From an uncultured bacterium (lineage in GTDB: Bacteria; Abyssobacteria; SURF-5): a stretch of 64,000 nucleotides of DNA. Of this stretch, positions 9,660 to 18,073 are shown in pieces; within the stretch, counting starts at the first letter, position 1, and every line of letters starts with the position of its first letter. The notes beneath the pieces are model-generated. The model saw nothing but the letters and a program-made list of their open reading frames with translations, did no database searches and was not told the DNA's origin. Location of the stretch: the NCBI GenBank assembly GCA_964607485.1, contig CAZSKP010000022.1, forward strand, positions 9,054 through 73,053, read 5' to 3'. The position numbers were made by a program, and so were the translations under genes.

Positions 9660-12600
9660 ATGAGTATTGAAATCGACCCACAATTCAAGCACCTTGTTCC
9701 TGAATACCAAGAGGTCTTGGCTAAAGTCCAAAATGATTTCAAGATTCGAATTCGTCCGCTTCAACAACTGACAGGAGGCAGAACAGGAGCCTTACTCTAT
9801 TTGGTCAGTGCAACCTCAGAAGATGATAGATCTCTGGAACACTACATACTGAAGCTTGATCATGCGGCGGATTGGGGAAAGGGCTGGGAGAACGAAGCAG
9901 AGAGACACCGGAAAGCCTGCAAGCTAACATCAGCCGACTTTTGCCAAAGGCATATGGCGCGCCTGGTTTACGAACCGGTGGAACTTGGGAAGGCGCTGGC
10001 AGTTATGTATACGATTGCCGGTGGTTCTTTGCTCCAATGTCGTCCTCTGGCAGGCTTCTCTCAGCAGACACGCTTGAAAGAGATCTATTCCATTCTTGGA
10101 CGAAGCCTTGTTGATGAATGGAACAAGGGAACTCTTAAAACGGTAGAAAGTTGGCATCCTCAGGACATTCTTCGCCATTGGTTGGGATACCGTCTCGATT
10201 CTGGTGAAGGGCATATTCATAAGTTTCTTATCAATGAGTGCGGCTTTGACCCTGAGATGGACGGTCTCATAGTCGGGGGGAAAATCTTGCCAAACCCAGT
10301 GGCCTACGGCACTAATAGGAAATTCTGGGGAGACACAAGAGGGCTTGACATCCTGAGAGGCTTAATCCACGGAGACCTTCATGGCAATAACATACTAGTA
10401 GAATATTCGCAGTATGGAAATGATCTCAAAGGCTATTATTTGGTTGATTTTGCAAACTTCGCGGAAGGATCCCCTCTTCTTTATGACCACGCGTACCTTG
10501 AGCTCAGCTATCTGCTTCCGCAATCTGAAGGTTTCTCATTTGAAAAATGGATAGAGTTCGCAGAGATATTGGCCTCTGACGACATTCCTGATCCGAAGCT
10601 CATGCCAACGGAGCTGTTAGGGGCCGGTTGCGTAATCAGATCGATGCGAAGTGCTCTTGACACGTGGATAAGGGAAAATCATTCGAGTCTTCGTGACGAT
10701 CTCTGGGGTCTCTATCGTCTCGCAGCAACCGCAGTCGGCATGAACTTCTGTAACAAGACCGCGTTGAATAGGGAAGAGCGATTCCACTCCCTGGCGTACT
10801 CAGCCATCTATCTAAATGCGCACTGTATCTACTTCAATATACCACATCCTTCTGGCGCCAAAGAGCTCAGGTTGAAAACAGAGCAGTTTGCCTTGGATGT
10901 TGGTACAACATGGGAGCCGTTCCTAGATGCCTGCCATAGCTTCGAAAGGGAGAGAATCTTCGTTTTGGCTTGTGGAGACGACTTGCGGGACATCTGTTCA
11001 CTGTTAGGTCCCTTGGGGCGAGTTCCCTGGTCTCTCGTACTTGACTTTGATCCGAATACACAAGCAGGTGGGCTTTGCGAGTACGTACGAGACGAAATCG
11101 AAAGCAGGAGAGCTCTCCACATAATTACCTGCGAGGAGAAAATGTCTCTTAACCCTGCTCGCGCGACTTATTGGTATGCAGCTAGGGGATTAGCAGGGAG
11201 ATCCAGCACGTTTCCGAGAGGCGAAGAGTGGCTTGACTGGAAGCTGAAGTATAACCGTCCTCTTGCAGAACTTCTCACAGAATTGGCCAGTTCGTCCGGA
11301 GAACAACCTGTTACCTTTCTGAATCTCTGGAACAATCCAAGTTACGTAAGAAAGATTTGTGATCTATTGACTGATGCATTTGGCGATCGCTTGGAAATTG
11401 TTTTCGCAACGCCTAGCCCAGAGCCAATCCTAGAAATTAGCCAGGAATACAGTGCGAGGACATTTCCACTGGAGACAACTCAAATTGCCGCTGGACTGGA
11501 GAAGTTATTCAGGAAAGTCTCAATACAAGAGGATTTGACATACTTGCCCTCTGCGAACAATAGACGTGCCGCAATTGACCCTAAGGACGTGGCCTTTCTG
11601 CAAGAAGAAATAACCTTGGTTCATCTAGGCGTCGGTATTGACGAAGAACAGGAAGATGACACATCATCGAGCTTCCTTCAGGGTGACAAGATTACTTGGT
11701 TTGAGCTCAGTCTACATAAGGATGTGTCGCGTACAAAGACAGACGATCTCCGAAGCCGCATGGAGGGTGACTTGACAAAGCGTTTAACAACACAGTTCAA
11801 TCTGTACCACCGTCCCGGAGGAGGCGGATCTACAGTCGCTCGACGCATAGCCTGGGATTTACATCACAGGTTCCCCACGATTCTTATCCATAAAATATCA
11901 GGCAGTACGGTAGGCCGACTCCAGCTCATTAGAAGCTTGGCTTCCCTGCCAATCTTGGCAATCATTGAGACCAGTGAGTGCGCTATGGATCTTGTAGACA
12001 GTTTGTTCCTGATGACAAAAAACGAGAATATCTCAGCAGTATTCTTGACTGTATCCCGCAAATTTGATTCCATCAATGAGGAAGAAAGAGTTCGCTATCT
12101 CCGAGAGACACTCAATGTGGATGAGGCTGGACGTTTTGCAGAAGTTTATGGTCGCGAGAGATCCGATCGCTTAGCTCTTCTCCGAGACCTTGCTCGAAAT
12201 GAAAAGAAGAAGGACCTCCGCGCCCCATTCTATTTCGGATTGACAGCTTTTGATGCTGATTTTGTCCAGTTGGACACGTATGTGAGGGCGCGTCTGGAAG
12301 GAATGTCTCAGACCGAGGAAAAGGTTGTCTGCTATATAGCTCTGGCCTACAGGTATGGTCATCAGACATTGCCCGCCCAGATGTTCGCTCAGATTCTGGG
12401 ACTAAGCTGCAAAAGCACGGTTCGACTTGAGAAAGCTTTGGATAAGAAAAGACTTAACCTACTCATCCGTGAGAGCAAGAATGACGAGGTCAGCTGGCGT
12501 CCTACTCATCAGATAATCGCTGTTGAGATTTCGGAACAAATTTTGGCAGGCGATTTCGCAGATCGCCGTTTATGGCAAGACAACTTGTCAACTTGGGCTA

Positions 12601-14096
12601 TTCGATTCATAGATGACTGCGAATTGCTGTTTAGTGCTACTAGTCGTGTTCACAGCGAAAGGGTTCGGGAACTCCTGTCTCAGATATTCATACTGAGGGA
12701 AAGCGGGGACATTCTAGGAGCTACAGGAACTCGATTCTCCAAGCTGATCGAAGACATTCCGGCAACAGAGGGCAAGCTGTCAGTATTGCAGGCGCTTGTA
12801 AACCGATTTCCTGATGAAGCACACTATTGGGCACATCTCGGTCGCTATCAAAGTTATCAAAAGGATCACGCCGATGCATTAGTTTCTATTCAAAAGGCTG
12901 TCGAATTGAGCGATAAGGACAGAGTCCTACACCACATGAAAGGCATGGCATTGAGAACCCATGCTTATGATCTAATGCACGATCTAATGAGAGAGGTAAA
13001 AAGAGAACCCCTATCGGGCGAGCCCTCGGACGCAGCCTTAACAGAGATAAAGGATCTCTGGCAACAGAGTGCTGAAGCTTTTGCGCTTTCTCGCGAACTT
13101 GACCCATACGGAGAGGCTGGCTATGTGTCCCACATACAACTCCTTACGAACGCGGTCGAGTTTGGGTTTAAACTGTCTGGTAAGCGCACTTATGAGGAAT
13201 TTTTGACAGACCTTGATTCTGTGGAGTACCAGGAAAAGGTGGAGGAAGCCGAGGCGCTTCTTTCAGACCTGAAGCGCCTTCAAGGTGGCGAGGGACGTCG
13301 CTTCAGCCATTACGTCGAGGAATGCGAAACACGTCTTTCACGAGTTATGGGAGATTATTCTAAAACCATTGAAGGTTGGAAAAAGATGTTAGTGAGGGGC
13401 GATGTTCATAAACCACCTATACGGCGAAGACTTGTTCTCGCGTACTTGGGCAGCAAGAACCGATCTTGGGAAGAACTTGAGCAAAAGGACCTCAATATGA
13501 TTGTTGAATTGATGGAAGAGAACCTCCTCGCCGAACCAGGCAATGAAAGAAACATTCGGCTCTGGTTCGACGCTGCGCGGCGCACTTCCACAGTCACGAC
13601 CGACGCAGCAATAGAGCGATTGAGCTATTGGAGTGCTCGGAGTGACCTGGTGGATCCAGTCTATTACCTATACATGCTCCAAGCTTTGAAGACGATTGAA
13701 GGATCAGCAGCTGCAAAGTTGAGCGCAGAAAGATTCTGCGAGGAGTGTCGACGAAGAGCCCGGAACCTACCCTACCGTAGACATTCATATAACTGGCTTG
13801 GAAGCGGGGTTGGAATGAAGAGACTGGTTCATTACGCGCTTCTTGGTGAATGGGATCGTGAAAAGGACTTTTGGACTAATACAATGCCATTGGTAAGGAT
13901 GCATGGTCTCATAACTAGGATTCACAAGCCTGAAGCAGGCACTATTGAACTGGATTGTGGTTTGGAGGCTTTCTTTGTTCCGGGGAGGTTGCCCGAGAGA
14001 GGAGTCACGAAGGAGAGACATGAGAACAAGCCTGTAACTTTCCTTCTAGGTTTCAGCTATGATGGACTCAGGGCTTGGAGGGTGGAACTGGAATGA
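9660..14096 (+). CDS. SAMD9-family STAND NTPase (kinase-like / Sir2-like / P-loop / TPR / OB fold), putative antiviral defence protein
   Basis: Kinase motifs LTGGRTG, ILKLD, HGDLHGNN and LVDFA; SAMD9-type signatures PWSLVLDFDP, LYHRPGGGGSTVARRIAWDL, TPR-like AHLGRY, and C-terminal VTFLLGFSYDGLRAW; visibly lower GC than the flanks. Confidence 0.85.
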   Translation: MSIEIDPQFKHLVPEYQEVLAKVQNDFKIRIRPLQQLTGGRTGALLYLVSATSEDDRSLEHYILKLDHAADWGKGWENEAERHRKACKLTSADFCQRHMARLVYEPVELGKALAVMYTIAGGSLLQCRPLAGFSQQTRLKEIYSILGRSLVDEWNKGTLKTVESWHPQDILRHWLGYRLDSGEGHIHKFLINECGFDPEMDGLIVGGKILPNPVAYGTNRKFWGDTRGLDILRGLIHGDLHGNNILVEYSQYGNDLKGYYLVDFANFAEGSPLLYDHAYLELSYLLPQSEGFSFEKWIEFAEILASDDIPDPKLMPTELLGAGCVIRSMRSALDTWIRENHSSLRDDLWGLYRLAATAVGMNFCNKTALNREERFHSLAYSAIYLNAHCIYFNIPHPSGAKELRLKTEQFALDVGTTWEPFLDACHSFERERIFVLACGDDLRDICSLLGPLGRVPWSLVLDFDPNTQAGGLCEYVRDEIESRRALHIITCEEKMSLNPARATYWYAARGLAGRSSTFPRGEEWLDWKLKYNRPLAELLTELASSSGEQPVTFLNLWNNPSYVRKICDLLTDAFGDRLEIVFATPSPEPILEISQEYSARTFPLETTQIAAGLEKLFRKVSIQEDLTYLPSANNRRAAIDPKDVAFLQEEITLVHLGVGIDEEQEDDTSSSFLQGDKITWFELSLHKDVSRTKTDDLRSRMEGDLTKRLTTQFNLYHRPGGGGSTVARRIAWDLHHRFPTILIHKISGSTVGRLQLIRSLASLPILAIIETSECAMDLVDSLFLMTKNENISAVFLTVSRKFDSINEEERVRYLRETLNVDEAGRFAEVYGRERSDRLALLRDLARNEKKKDLRAPFYFGLTAFDADFVQLDTYVRARLEGMSQTEEKVVCYIALAYRYGHQTLPAQMFAQILGLSCKSTVRLEKALDKKRLNLLIRESKNDEVSWRPTHQIIAVEISEQILAGDFADRRLWQDNLSTWAIRFIDDCELLFSATSRVHSERVRELLSQIFILRESGDILGATGTRFSKLIEDIPATEGKLSVLQALVNRFPDEAHYWAHLGRYQSYQKDHADALVSIQKAVELSDKDRVLHHMKGMALRTHAYDLMHDLMREVKREPLSGEPSDAALTEIKDLWQQSAEAFALSRELDPYGEAGYVSHIQLLTNAVEFGFKLSGKRTYEEFLTDLDSVEYQEKVEEAEALLSDLKRLQGGEGRRFSHYVEECETRLSRVMGDYSKTIEGWKKMLVRGDVHKPPIRRRLVLAYLGSKNRSWEELEQKDLNMIVELMEENLLAEPGNERNIRLWFDAARRTSTVTTDAAIERLSYWSARSDLVDPVYYLYMLQALKTIEGSAAAKLSAERFCEECRRRARNLPYRRHSYNWLGSGVGMKRLVHYALLGEWDREKDFWTNTMPLVRMHGLITRIHKPEAGTIELDCGLEAFFVPGRLPERGVTKERHENKPVTFLLGFSYDGLRAWRVELE

Positions 14097-14140
14097 CGTA
14101 TTGGCCCCAAAGACTGTGCTATATATGAGCTGCAAACGGC

Positions 14141-14995
14141 GTGAAATACAAGCATTTGACAACGATCCCAATCATCGACGCTCACGTCCACGTCTTCCCC
14201 CAAAGACTATTTGAGGCGATAAAGGGCTGGTTTGAGGCCCACGCATGGGAATTCAGCCGCCAGGGCACGGCGGAGGATTTTATCCAGGCCCAGTTCGACA
14301 GCGGGGCGGCGGGTCTCGTGCTGATGGCCTACGCCCACCGCCCCGGGATTTCGCGGGGCTTGAACGAGTTCACGGCCGGCCTGGTCAGACGTTTCCCCCA
14401 CACAGTCGGTCTGGCCGCGATTCATCCTCAAGACGATAATCCGCGCGAGATCCTGAGGCACGCCTTCGAAGAATGCGGCCTGCGCGGTGTCAAGCTGCAC
14501 TGCCACGTGCAGGCCACGGCGCCGGACAATGAGGCAATGTTCCCCATTTATGAGGCCATCTCTGAATATGACGGTGTCATGAATATCCACGCCGGGCGGG
14601 AGCCGGCCATCGATGCCTATGGCCTCGACGTGCGCGCCATTACGGGCACGGGTCGTGTCGAAAACGTGTTGCGGCGGTTTCCCCAACTAAAAATGGTAAT
14701 CCCCCATCTGGGAATGGACGAGTCGGAGCGATTTTACGGCCTGATGGATGAATATCCGAACCTGTACATGGACACGGCCATGGCGCTGGGTCATTTCTTC
14801 GACCTGACGGTCAGCCGGGACAGGCTCATGCAACACGCTGACAGAATCCTGTACGGGACCGACTATCCACACATCCCATATGAGATGGAGAGAGAAGTGA
14901 GGGCGCTCCTGGAGCTTGACCTGGGCGAGGACGCCCTGCGCCGCATACTGTTCGAGAACGCAAGAAAGCTTTTTCGGCTTGACCCTAAGCTGTAA
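14141..14995 (+). CDS. Amidohydrolase_2 family metal-dependent hydrolase
   Basis: IIDAHVH, GVKLH, IHAG, IPHLG and ILYGTDYPH motifs. Confidence 0.9.
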   Translation: MKYKHLTTIPIIDAHVHVFPQRLFEAIKGWFEAHAWEFSRQGTAEDFIQAQFDSGAAGLVLMAYAHRPGISRGLNEFTAGLVRRFPHTVGLAAIHPQDDNPREILRHAFEECGLRGVKLHCHVQATAPDNEAMFPIYEAISEYDGVMNIHAGREPAIDAYGLDVRAITGTGRVENVLRRFPQLKMVIPHLGMDESERFYGLMDEYPNLYMDTAMALGHFFDLTVSRDRLMQHADRILYGTDYPHIPYEMEREVRALLELDLGEDALRRILFENARKLFRLDPKL

Positions 14996-15172
14996 GAGTG
15001 AGCTTCTCTCCCTAAGCCTATGTGACTGAATTCAGCGGAATGGGTTATAGTGGCTCAGGCCGTTCATCATTTCGGTAACCTATCTGGTAGGCCAGTTCGC
15101 TGGCAAGCCCGTCGCATCGCTGGACAGAGAGAAAAATATTTCGTAGAATTAGTCACAAAATGAGTTGATGGC

Positions 15173-15652
15173 ATGACAGACAAACCAGAGACAAATCCTA
15201 TGGTCGAGGTGTTTCGAGCCTCGATAGGCAAGAAGCTCGAATATGCGCCGCCGTTCACCGACTGGCTCGACGGGCGGATTGTGTCCTGCGACGTGGGCGA
15301 AATAGAGATGACTTTCAAGGTGCGTCCGGAGATGGCGAACCCCACGGGCCTGCTCCACGGCGGCATCCAGGCGGCCATCATCGACGACCTCATCGGGATG
15401 ACCGCGGCCACGCTCGGCGAGGAAGGATTCATGCTCACCATCGACCTGCATGTGAACTTTTTGGGGAAAGTCGAGGTCGGCCAGACCGTGAAGGGACGCG
15501 CTCGGTTCATCCGGTCGGGCAAGCGGATAGCCCACGCCGTCTGCGAGATATTGGACGAGCAGGGCAACCTTGTGTGCCGGGGGGATTCGAACCTCGTGAA
15601 GACCGGCTATGTCCCGGAGTATCGGAAGAGGGTGGACTCGGCGGAGGAATGA
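15173..15652 (+). CDS. PaaI family (hotdog-fold) thioesterase
   Basis: NPTGLLHGG...IIDD motif. Confidence 0.9.
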   Translation: MTDKPETNPMVEVFRASIGKKLEYAPPFTDWLDGRIVSCDVGEIEMTFKVRPEMANPTGLLHGGIQAAIIDDLIGMTAATLGEEGFMLTIDLHVNFLGKVEVGQTVKGRARFIRSGKRIAHAVCEILDEQGNLVCRGDSNLVKTGYVPEYRKRVDSAEE

Positions 15653-15680
15653 CGACGACCCCTCGCCCGCATGAAGCGTC

Positions 15681-16820
15681 TCAGTTTCTGAAGAACCGTG
15701 CGATACCGGTTGAAATCAAAACGACGCCGGCGGCCACCAGATACATGTGAGAGTATCCTATCCGCTCCGCCACTGCGCCGTAGGCGAACGAGCCGGCCAT
15801 CACGCCCGTGTCAAACGCCGCCGTGAACAGCGCCAGTCCCTTGCCCCTGTCCTGCTCCTTCACCCTGTCCACTATGGACGCGGCCACGGCCGGAACGGCG
15901 AACCCGATGCCCGTCCCCCATATGAACCCGCTGAGAAGCAGCTCAAACGGAAAATGGAACAGCCCCAGCCAAAGCAGAGCCACGCTCCCGGCAGCGAATG
16001 ACGGCAGCGCCACCCGGCGGCGTCCGTACTCATCGGCCAGATGCCCCAAGAAAAGCCTGGCAATTGCGCCGGCCGTCGAACTCGCCACAAAGAAATACGC
16101 CATGCTGATGTTCATCGGTTCGAGATAGACGGCGATGAAATTCACCAGCGCCCCCACGCCGGTGCAGAAGAAAAACAGCGCGCCCACGGGAATCAGCAGG
16201 TCAAGCTGACGCAACAGCGTGATGAAACCGATGGGCGGAAACTCCAGCTTGGCGGGACCGCGTTCTTTCAGAAACCGGGATATCACAAGGCTGGCTATCA
16301 GGGTCGAGAGCGCCGCACCAAACAGGACCTGAAAGCCGAGGTGGGCGATTATGAATTCCGCCAGCACCGGGAGCACGGCGAAGGCGCTCATTCCCGACAG
16401 CCCGAACACGCCTATGACCTTTGCCCTGCGGGTAGCGGGGGCGTCGTCGGCCACGACGGTGAATATGCCCGTGATGTAACATCCGAACCCGACGCCGTGA
16501 GACACGCGCACCGCGAGAATCACCCAGTTGATTTCCCGGCAGAAGAAATAGCCAATCGTGGCCAGGCACATCAAGCAGAGGCCGAAGTATATGAGGCGTT
16601 TGCGTCCGTACCGGTCCACCGCAGTTCCGACCACGGGGCGAACCACAACCGACCCGAGGGCGAACGCGCCCATGTAAAGCCCGATCTGAAACTCGTTTGC
16701 GCCTAAGTCTTGCAGATAAAGGTTGAAGTACAGAAAGAAGACGATATTGGAGAGAACGCCAAAATTACACAGAAAAGACAGGATGAAGTTCCTGCCGAAT
16801 GTCTTTTCGGAATACCGAAT
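15681..16820 (-). CDS. MFS transporter (probable ATT start at 16820)
   Basis: Motif A (GTAVDRYGRK) and its C-domain copy (GHLADEYGRR). The frame stays open 49 codons upstream of ATG 16673 and encodes TM1 (FGRNFILSFLCNFGVLSNIVFFLYFNLYL). Confidence 0.85.
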   Translation of the reverse strand: MRYSEKTFGRNFILSFLCNFGVLSNIVFFLYFNLYLQDLGANEFQIGLYMGAFALGSVVVRPVVGTAVDRYGRKRLIYFGLCLMCLATIGYFFCREINWVILAVRVSHGVGFGCYITGIFTVVADDAPATRRAKVIGVFGLSGMSAFAVLPVLAEFIIAHLGFQVLFGAALSTLIASLVISRFLKERGPAKLEFPPIGFITLLRQLDLLIPVGALFFFCTGVGALVNFIAVYLEPMNISMAYFFVASSTAGAIARLFLGHLADEYGRRRVALPSFAAGSVALLWLGLFHFPFELLLSGFIWGTGIGFAVPAVAASIVDRVKEQDRGKGLALFTAAFDTGVMAGSFAYGAVAERIGYSHMYLVAAGVVLISTGIARFFRN

Positions 16821-16917
16821 GGGTCATCCTCGCTTTCGTTTCGGCGCCCCCCGTGTGCGGGGAGAGAGCAGGTTCCAGGAGACATACTACGGGAAGCAAG
16901 TAGTACGTCACATTCTT

Positions 16918-17038
16918 GTCATCCTGAACGAAGGGCCGCAGGCCCGAGTGAAGGATCTCGTCTTTTGCCGGATCTGCCACAATCTTTGAGATTCTTCGCG
17001 GAGTTTATCCTGAGCGCAGCCGAAGGACTCAGAATGAC
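16918..17038. repeat. REP-like composite palindromic element
   Basis: GTCATCCTGA..TCAGAATGAC outer and GAAGGATCTC..GAGATTCTTC inner imperfect inverted repeats; intergenic. Confidence 0.7.
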
Positions 17039-17179
17039 GATTATCAGCCGCTCCGAATAGTATGTATATTCTATACACCCAGCGGCTTTTTTCAAGAACA
17101 AACTTCCCCGGAACGAGGCCGACGTGGTAAAATCAACGGGATGCTATAGGGAAACACACGTCGGTCGAACTGCCATCTC

Positions 17180-17371
17180 ATGGAAGAATATACCGACTGT
17201 CCCGTCTGCCAAAAGCGGACGCCGACGGAAAATCTAAACTGCATCCATTGCGGCGAGGCGCTGCCCAGGCCGGTAGGCGTTCTGTCGGGACTGCGCTATT
17301 CGTTCAAGGGCTGGCTCGCCGCCCTCATCGCGTTAGCGGCGCTCATCGCCTTCCTCGCGCTCATCCTGTAA
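17180..17371 (+). CDS. Small Zn-ribbon membrane protein
   Basis: CPVC...CIHC followed by a C-terminal hydrophobic helix; 63 aa. Confidence 0.65.
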   Translation: MEEYTDCPVCQKRTPTENLNCIHCGEALPRPVGVLSGLRYSFKGWLAALIALAALIAFLALIL

Positions 17372-17547
17372 GCTTCCATCTCCTAAGAGTCCGGCGCAAA
17401 CCGGCCGACCACAAGCCGGGGAAACGGCCGCCGGGAAGCCACAAATTTTGTGCCGCCGGGTTTCAATTACGTAACCTCCGCGCCGTATCCGCCGCCCCGC
17501 TGTCGTGAAAACGCTCGAAAAACAGCCTGTTTTCCATCGCTACCCGG

Positions 17548-17564
17548 CTGGCATCCAATTTGCT
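17548..17564 (+). promoter_or_regulatory. Sigma-54 (-24/-12) promoter
   Basis: CTGGCATCCAATTTGCT, with GG-N10-GC spacing, 27 bp before ATG 17592. Confidence 0.7.
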
Positions 17565-17591
17565 CCCCCAAGAAGGCAGGAGGAGTCTGCA

Positions 17592-18026
17592 ATGGAATAT
17601 TCAACATCCCATACGCGCACGAACCACGCGGAACTGCTGAAGAAGTCTGTCGGGATTCTCTCGCTCACGGTGGCAATCCTCTGCCTCATCTCAAGCATGG
17701 CCATGGCCAATCCCTCGAGGCAGACGATAGAGATGGCTGCCGGAACAATCGTCGTGCAGGGAGAAAGGGTGGCTCTCCCCTTGGATGAGGGCGAGTTCCT
17801 AAGCGAGGGATTCATCCTCGCATCACGAGGGAAAAACGATGGTCAAGCGACCGGCGTCGTCGACACGCCGGCCGGCTCACACGGTGATACGTCGGGGTAT
17901 AAGACAAAGACCGTCGTTCTTCAGAATCCGTCGGAACATCCCAAGCCCACAATTTTCCTGATAGAGGAACGTTCGAATAACGGAGAGCTCTATCTGGGCC
18001 TGCTCTCATTTACGATTCCGTGGTAA
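17592..18026 (+). CDS. Hypothetical exported protein
   Basis: AGGAGG SD before ATG 17592; signal-peptide-like segment ending AMA; C-terminal Trp. Confidence 0.6.
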   Translation: MEYSTSHTRTNHAELLKKSVGILSLTVAILCLISSMAMANPSRQTIEMAAGTIVVQGERVALPLDEGEFLSEGFILASRGKNDGQATGVVDTPAGSHGDTSGYKTKTVVLQNPSEHPKPTIFLIEERSNNGELYLGLLSFTIPW

Positions 18027-18073
18027 TCGGCGGCGCGAACCCGGCTGTTGCCGGATGCTTCGAGAACCTTCCG

